Source: an uncultured virus (IMG/VR IMGVR_UViG_3300010049_000003) (lineage: Duplodnaviria; Heunggongvirae; Uroviricota; Caudoviricetes). Taken from it: DNA of 64,000 nt. The notes beneath the pieces were generated by a model, which was not told the DNA's origin, made no database searches, and saw only the letters and a program-made list of their open reading frames with translations. The stretch lies in the IMG/VR virus record IMGVR_UViG_3300010049_000003; one strand, 5' to 3'. The translations under genes were made by a program, and so were the position numbers. Positions 58,317 to 64,000 of this stretch are shown piece by piece (position 1 is the stretch's first letter; the number at the start of each line of letters is the position of its first letter).

Positions 58317-58889
58317 ATGTCTGCATTTCCTGCACCGTTTGGCCTGAAGCCACTCTACCATCCCAGCGGAGTGATTCGTCCAAAAGCTTCGGATGTGGCT
58401 TCTGGTTATGCGACTAATCTGTTTATGTATACGCCGGTTAACCTGGCCCCTGGGACAGGCACTGGTCTAGTGATTGCGGCGGGGTCACCGATTGCGGGGC
58501 CTGCCGTCGGTTCTTTCCTTGGCGTCGAGTTTACTCCTTCTACAGGGCGCCGTCAATATCAGCCCTGGTGGCCTGGTAATCAGGTGGCTCAGCAGATCGT
58601 GGCTTATTACACCGACGATCAGTTGATTACCTATGAAGTCCAGGCGAATGGCTCGGTGAACGAGTCTCATCAGGGAAATCAGGCTAACATGACGGCGGAG
58701 GCTGGGAATTTGATAACCGGCTTTTCTACGTCAGCCCTGGATGTTGCGACATTGACCAATAGCGGTAATGCGCTTGTCAAGATAATTGGTCTGTCGTATG
58801 GGCCGTTGAACGCATGGGGTGATGCCTACACAATTGTGCAGGTACAGATCGCCAATCATACGTTTACAGCTACTCGCGTCGCGCAGTAA
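58317..58889 (+). CDS. Putative capsid decoration/cement protein
   Basis: 'APFGL.P', 'G.F.GVE', 'DD....YEVQA'; immediately before the major capsid gene. Confidence 0.65.
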   Translation: MSAFPAPFGLKPLYHPSGVIRPKASDVASGYATNLFMYTPVNLAPGTGTGLVIAAGSPIAGPAVGSFLGVEFTPSTGRRQYQPWWPGNQVAQQIVAYYTDDQLITYEVQANGSVNESHQGNQANMTAEAGNLITGFSTSALDVATLTNSGNALVKIIGLSYGPLNAWGDAYTIVQVQIANHTFTATRVAQ

Positions 58890-58898
58890 GGAGGAGTT

Positions 58899-59819
58899 AT
58901 GGCAGTTCCGATGCGATCGACTGACTTCCGGTCAGTTGTTGAGCCTATTCTTAATGAAGTGTTTGATGGTGTTTATGACCAGAGAGCTGATGAATGGAAG
59001 ATGGTGTTTAAAGAGTTCACAGGTACTCCTCGAGCCTATCATGAGGAGCCGGTACTCTTTGGTTTTGGAGCGGCCCCTGAGCTGCCTGATGGCACCCCGG
59101 TTAATTACCAGGCCGGTGGTGTATTGTTTATTCAGCGATTGGTCTACAAAGTCTATGGATTGGCATTCGCTCTCACCAAGGTTCTGGTGGAGGACGGAGA
59201 TCATATTTCTATCGGCAGGACCTATGCCGAGCATCTTGCGCAGTCTCTGATTGAGACCAAGGAGACGCTGTGCGCCAACATCCTAAACTTTGCGTTTAAT
59301 GCAGCGTTCATTGGTGGTGATGGCGTGCCGTTGGTAGCGCCCAATCACCCGCTGGCGCCTCCTGCGGGGTCATTCAGTAACCAGATGACTACGGCTGCGG
59401 CCCTGTCGCAGACTTCGGTCGAGCAGTTGCTGATCCAGATCCGACAGGCGGTGGATAATAACGGTAAGCGCATCCGTCTTAACCCCGAGCAGATTATATG
59501 TGCTCCGGGAAATGTGTTTCAGGCAGAAGTAATCTTGAAGTCGGTATTGCGGGCCGGGACCGCCAATAATGACATTAATCCGATCAAGAGCATCGGGTTG
59601 TTGCATCGGGGGCAGGCGAATCTTACCCGTCTAACCAGTGCCACTGCTTGGTGGATTCAGACAAACGCGCCAAAGGGTATGGTTCTGGCAATGCGCCGTA
59701 GGCTGGAGAAGTCGATGGAAGGCGACTTTGACACGGACAGCATGAGGTACAAGGCCACAGAGCGTTATAACCCGAATTGGATTGACCCACGCGCGGTCTA
59801 CGGGACTCCGGGCCTGTAA
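58899..59819 (+). CDS. Major capsid protein
   Basis: 306 aa; 'GGDGVPL....HP', 'TANNDINP', 'GDFDT...RYKA.ERY...DPR..YG.PG'; AAGGAGG RBS. Confidence 0.88.
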   Translation: MAVPMRSTDFRSVVEPILNEVFDGVYDQRADEWKMVFKEFTGTPRAYHEEPVLFGFGAAPELPDGTPVNYQAGGVLFIQRLVYKVYGLAFALTKVLVEDGDHISIGRTYAEHLAQSLIETKETLCANILNFAFNAAFIGGDGVPLVAPNHPLAPPAGSFSNQMTTAAALSQTSVEQLLIQIRQAVDNNGKRIRLNPEQIICAPGNVFQAEVILKSVLRAGTANNDINPIKSIGLLHRGQANLTRLTSATAWWIQTNAPKGMVLAMRRRLEKSMEGDFDTDSMRYKATERYNPNWIDPRAVYGTPGL

Positions 59820-59829
59820 GGAGAGCAGT

Positions 59830-60555
59830 ATGTTTGATATCAGCGTAACCCGCTGGCAAAATGGCATGACGAATGCCAGGGACACGGAAACGCTCTCCGA
59901 CCTGCCTTTGCCGAACCGCATGAGGTTAAGTGAGCTTTCCGATGATTTTCATCAGTTTAATGAGTTAGTGTGGAGTGGTCTGGGGTTTCTGCCGCAGCCA
60001 GCTGATAAGGGCATTATCCAGGGGACAGGGTTCCTGAAGAACCTGCAGCCTACATTTCGGATGAATAAAGGTTTCCGGATGTGGGCGGATTTCTTATTCG
60101 GTATCAATGCACTTACTGGCCATCTGCGGGTAGGACTGGTTGATGGGCCTGCGACAATTTCGAACACCGTAACCGATGGTATTTATATGCGTACCGCCGG
60201 GACGGCCAATATCGATGTCGTATTGTCGGTTAATAGCCAGTTATTGGTGCAGACTGGGGCTGCACGCCTGGTGGATCCGGCGGGGTATGAGCATCCTATC
60301 ACCTTCCAACTTTATTGGGATGGTGGTTTGTATGCCTCGGCTCCGAATGGTCGGATTGTTTGGGAAATCTCAGGCCCAGGGATAGTGACCCCGGCACGGG
60401 GATCGTTTGGTGGTTCGTCGGCGTATCCATTCCCTGATGGATTCCCCCGTTCTACCATGTTGACTCCGGGCATTGGGTCCACTGCTGCCATGCAGATCGA
60501 CATGTTGGCAGTCTATAAGGATCGGTTTAACATCCTGATGAACCCGACGTTCTAA
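59830..60555 (+). CDS. Putative virion structural protein
   Basis: AAGGAG RBS; beta-rich with DDF motif. Confidence 0.6.
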   Translation: MFDISVTRWQNGMTNARDTETLSDLPLPNRMRLSELSDDFHQFNELVWSGLGFLPQPADKGIIQGTGFLKNLQPTFRMNKGFRMWADFLFGINALTGHLRVGLVDGPATISNTVTDGIYMRTAGTANIDVVLSVNSQLLVQTGAARLVDPAGYEHPITFQLYWDGGLYASAPNGRIVWEISGPGIVTPARGSFGGSSAYPFPDGFPRSTMLTPGIGSTAAMQIDMLAVYKDRFNILMNPTF

Positions 60556-60564
60556 GGAGGTTCC

Positions 60565-60840
60565 ATGCGACCGATTCGGATAACAGGGGTTACCGGGACA
60601 ACTGTCCCGGTTCCTCTCGATGTCTATACTATCGGCCCTCAGACTGCAGTACGGGTGACTGGTGGCACTTTACAGACGACTGTGGATAATGTTTTTGACC
60701 TAGATATCACTCCTGTGTGGGAGGCTGCTCCCCCCGCTATTGCGGGTATCCATTATATCCCAGCCGGGATAAGGGCTGTACGGGCTACTGGTATGACGCC
60801 TTCAAGTGTTCTTGTTGTATCACAGCAGGGGATACGATAA
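60565..60840 (+). CDS. Small putative virion protein
   Basis: AAGGAGG RBS; 'MRP....','P.D.Y','QQG'. Confidence 0.65.
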   Translation: MRPIRITGVTGTTVPVPLDVYTIGPQTAVRVTGGTLQTTVDNVFDLDITPVWEAAPPAIAGIHYIPAGIRAVRATGMTPSSVLVVSQQGIR

Positions 60841-61568
60841 TGCAAGGCTTCAGAAATACGACTAAGATGAAGATGTGTCACGATGTTGACACTAGGCCCC
60901 GTGCTCCCGGGACGTGGCATGGGCAATTGAAGCGAACTCTGGCTGATAAGTTTCAATCCGGGGGCCTGGTCATTCCTAGGCCGAGTGGGGCTGGAGGCAT
61001 TGGGCGAAGTATGAGGCCGATGATGCCAGCTACTCGGCCTATTATGCCCAGGCCTCGGGTGATGCCTAATATTAAGGCTGCATCAATGCGGCCTCATCGA
61101 ATGTTTGCTCATGGCGGTGCTATTAAAATGACGGCTGAGCCTCGGGAGACGGGGTCAGCGGTGGAACGACGAGGAGGGAGACATGCCTACTCCAACTTGC
61201 AACGCGAATATCCGGATTCTCCGAAACTTCGTCCGGGCTACCGTAAGGGCGGCATACATATTAAGCCTCAGAACCGTGGCAAATTCACGAAAGAAATGAC
61301 TGGGAGCAAGTCTGGGAAGCTTACTGATAAGGATGTATCGCGGGGCCTACACTCTGGGTCGGCAGCGACACGTAGGCGTGCCAATTTTGCGCGGATGGCT
61401 CGAAGGCATTTTAAACCCTTGACGAAAGGTGGGGTAGTTTGTAAGGCAGAGGGTGGGAGCCTAACATTCAAGAAATGGGCGCAGCAGGAAGCAGCGGAGC
61501 CTGCGCATCGGGGTGGGAGGAAAAACCTTGCGTTTATGAGTAAGCCCCTGTTTGGGAGCAATGACTGA
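60840..61568 (+). CDS. Highly basic putative internal protein with five xxxGG motifs
   Basis: TAATG start; FQSGGLV, FAHGGAI, YRKGGIH, LTKGGVV, KAEGGSL; 'IHIKP.NRGKF...RRANFAR'. Confidence 0.7.
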   Translation: MQGFRNTTKMKMCHDVDTRPRAPGTWHGQLKRTLADKFQSGGLVIPRPSGAGGIGRSMRPMMPATRPIMPRPRVMPNIKAASMRPHRMFAHGGAIKMTAEPRETGSAVERRGGRHAYSNLQREYPDSPKLRPGYRKGGIHIKPQNRGKFTKEMTGSKSGKLTDKDVSRGLHSGSAATRRRANFARMARRHFKPLTKGGVVCKAEGGSLTFKKWAQQEAAEPAHRGGRKNLAFMSKPLFGSND

Positions 61569-62650
61569 TGTTATCTACCTCTGGCACAATCGGGCATACG
61601 CAGTTCAGTACCCAGTTAGTGATTGACCATGCCTTTCGTGGCGTGCGGATGGTGCCGGGGCAGATTGCGGGGGAAGATATACAGACAGCTCATGAGCAGT
61701 TAAGCCTTATGTTATCGTCGTGGGCGAATGACGGTACACCATTATGGTGCCAGACGAAGTACACTCTGCCTCTGGTGCAGGGGAAAAAAGAATTGGCTCT
61801 TGCTGAGTATTTTCCGGGTATTGTGGATATCCTCCAGGCGAATCTGCAGACGACAAATCGTTTCTGGGGCCATGTGATGGCCGACCCAAATGCCACAGGG
61901 ATGGCCAGGAATGTACAGGATACCGATTCTTGGACGTCTTGTCAGACAGGCCCCGGTGGTTGGGTCATGATGCGATTATTTCCTGCCCAGTCAGTGACGA
62001 TCGTGGGCCTTATGCCGTTAAATAAAAGCATATGGAATTTCCAATTGCAATGGTCGCATGATAGCAAGAATTGGGTAACATTTTTTACAGGGACAGATGT
62101 CCATATCGATGCCCGTACATTCAAGTGGTATGATACGTCAACGTTTGGGCCACAGCCCCTGGCCTCATTTTGGCGCATTGTAGCAACAGCAGATTCGTCA
62201 CTCAATATCGCAGAGTTGTATTGGGGCAATAATCAGCAGGAGATTCCGATAACTAGAATTAACAAGGATGATTACTGGCAGCTTCCGAATAAGGATTTTC
62301 AGGGCCGTCCTGTGCAGTATTGGTGTGATCGGCAGATGTTTGGACCTAAGATGTGGCTGTGGCCTGCTCCCGGGTTTCAATTTGTATATAGTCAGGTGCC
62401 GGTGCTGGCGCATAGGCATATAATGGATATCGGCCAGATGACGGATGTGGTCGAAGTACCACAACGTGTTTACGATGCGGTATGGACATCGCTGGCCGAA
62501 CGTCTTCGTATTGTGATTCCGACGGTAGACAAGGATGCGACGCAGGATATCCCGATGGTTGCGGGACAGGCACGCAAGTTGTTCTGGGGTGAGGAGAGGG
62601 ATGATAGCCCAATCCAACTAAGGCTCAACATTTCGCCATACACAGCATGA
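61568..62650 (+). CDS. Putative head-tail adaptor with inserted discoidin-like domain
   Basis: 'TSGT...F...ID.AF', 'W.N.G..LW', 'Y..LPNK...GRP.QYW.DR', 'LWPAP'. Confidence 0.65.
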   Translation: MLSTSGTIGHTQFSTQLVIDHAFRGVRMVPGQIAGEDIQTAHEQLSLMLSSWANDGTPLWCQTKYTLPLVQGKKELALAEYFPGIVDILQANLQTTNRFWGHVMADPNATGMARNVQDTDSWTSCQTGPGGWVMMRLFPAQSVTIVGLMPLNKSIWNFQLQWSHDSKNWVTFFTGTDVHIDARTFKWYDTSTFGPQPLASFWRIVATADSSLNIAELYWGNNQQEIPITRINKDDYWQLPNKDFQGRPVQYWCDRQMFGPKMWLWPAPGFQFVYSQVPVLAHRHIMDIGQMTDVVEVPQRVYDAVWTSLAERLRIVIPTVDKDATQDIPMVAGQARKLFWGEERDDSPIQLRLNISPYTA

Positions 62651-63123
62651 GTAAGTATCTAATTCCGGCAGTCGGGCAGACGACATATGGTATAGCCATA
62701 TGCGATCGCTGTCGTATGAAGCGTTTTCTAGATGACCTTGAGCAGGATCCTACGTATCCTGGTCTGCGAGTATGCAGTAGAGAAAAGATCAGGGATGGTT
62801 GTAAGGATGACTTTGATCCGTGGCGGTTGCCGATGCGACCAACGGAGAAGATTACATTACCTTTTAATCGTCCCGATGTATTGTTGGGCCTGACTCCACC
62901 ACGGACGCTGGATGAAAGGCCAGCGCCATTTGATTACACTGTTGATCAATTTGGGGCCCTTCAGCCGCCGACTTCTGGGGATCGGGCCACACTCAATAAT
63001 CGATCAATTCAGGCGATAGTCCCGGGCCCTCCGGCAGGGGGTGTGAGTCCGGTGAGACTGTTCCTCGTGGATTCATTCGGTACGGTAATTATTTATACGC
63101 CGGCTCCAGGGACGGCGCAATAG
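62647..63123 (+). CDS. Cys-containing hypothetical virion-cluster protein
   Basis: 'AICDRC', 'GLRVC...C.D..DP', 'RPD'. Confidence 0.7.
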   Translation: MSKYLIPAVGQTTYGIAICDRCRMKRFLDDLEQDPTYPGLRVCSREKIRDGCKDDFDPWRLPMRPTEKITLPFNRPDVLLGLTPPRTLDERPAPFDYTVDQFGALQPPTSGDRATLNNRSIQAIVPGPPAGGVSPVRLFLVDSFGTVIIYTPAPGTAQ

Positions 63124-63130
63124 GTGAACC

Positions 63131-64000
63131 ATGGGTATTACAATCTCGCAACTTCCAGTAGGTGTTATACCCCCTGAGGGGACCGAAGCAGTTCCTGCAG
63201 TTCAGGGTGGGGTAACAGTTCAGTTACCTATAGGGCTATCGATAAACACGTTGGATGAGGTCGGAGATGTAAGTCTTTCTGGTGCTCTTCAGGACGGGCA
63301 GGTACTCACGGTTCAGGATGGGGTTTGGACAAATCTATTTCCTGATATCCCTGATCCGCCATCTTTTGATAGTCTCCCCGGGTTGAATATTACCAACCCG
63401 CAGCCGGGAGACGTTATTACCTGGGACGGTAGCGATTGGGTAAACTCTCAAGTAGAGGGCTGGCCTCCTACTCCCCCTGTTACCGCCCCCCTCCCCTGGT
63501 CTTTCGTCGGTTTGAACGGCGCGGGGGTGACGATAGATGAGAACGGTAATGTCACCATAGTCAGTGCGCCGGCTACCGCGCCGGGGCAATGGATGTGGCA
63601 GATCGGTAACGGTCTTGGTCCTTCCGGTGCGCCAGTAGGCATGTCCTATGGGTTTCGGATAAATGCCGGTACTAATGATACTGATATTTGCTTTCAGCTT
63701 CGTAGTGATGACGGCAGCTCGGAGTTCTTTACCGTCTGGGGAGATGGCACGATTACCGGTTTGAATCTTCCGCAGGGGCCGGCGGGTGCTACGGGTCCGC
63801 AGGGGCCAGTAGGAGCAACCGGGCCGGTCGGTCCGGTCGGGCCTGCGGGTGCGGACGGTGCCGATGGGGCGGACGGTGCCGACGGTACGAGTATTAATAT
63901 CAAGGGAACTTTGGATGATCCCGCGCAGCTTCCGGAGGAGGGGCAGCCGGGAGATGTCTGGATGATCAATGGCGTAATGTGGGTTTGGAACTCTACTAGT
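63131..64000 (+). CDS. Collagen-like fibre, 5' part (continues at 1-1365; absent from the ORF track)
   Basis: MGITISQLP..., open to the window end, AGGTG RBS, in frame with the ORF ending at 1365. Confidence 0.85.
   Translation, partial: MGITISQLPVGVIPPEGTEAVPAVQGGVTVQLPIGLSINTLDEVGDVSLSGALQDGQVLTVQDGVWTNLFPDIPDPPSFDSLPGLNITNPQPGDVITWDGSDWVNSQVEGWPPTPPVTAPLPWSFVGLNGAGVTIDENGNVTIVSAPATAPGQWMWQIGNGLGPSGAPVGMSYGFRINAGTNDTDICFQLRSDDGSSEFFTVWGDGTITGLNLPQGPAGATGPQGPVGATGPVGPVGPAGADGADGADGADGTSINIKGTLDDPAQLPEEGQPGDVWMINGVMWVWNSTS

Noticed and set aside
63893..64000. Biological direct terminal repeat
   Set aside because: It falls mid-gene and looks like an assembler overlap

Overview
The window is a complete, circularly assembled tailed dsDNA phage genome of about 63,892 bp (bases 63893-64000 repeat bases 1-108). 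It has podovirus-like architecture and no integrase or repressor, so it is probably lytic. The + strand arm (~47.5 kb through the join to 27.2 kb) carries membrane and PEP-CTERM genes, two tRNA-like elements, terminase, portal, GroES, scaffold, capsid, ~10 kb of collagen/Ig/lectin fibres, tail proteins and six large putative ejection proteins. The - strand arm (46.2 to 27.1 kb) carries small early genes and replication genes, ending in a family A polymerase-purZ-mazZ-datZ cassette that predicts a 2-aminoadenine (Z) genome. Other notable signals: (1) a [hydrophobic]-x-x-G-G-x-V motif punctuates several virion proteins and separates cargo modules (tandem ADP-ribosyltransferases, a consensus internal Tat signal, a ParB/Srx domain); (2) two chromosomal-type parS sites lie in the non-coding control region; (3) three PEP-CTERM proteins are encoded; (4) a CGGCTGTG promoter motif is repeated five times. 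All calls come from reading motifs by eye; no database searches were run.
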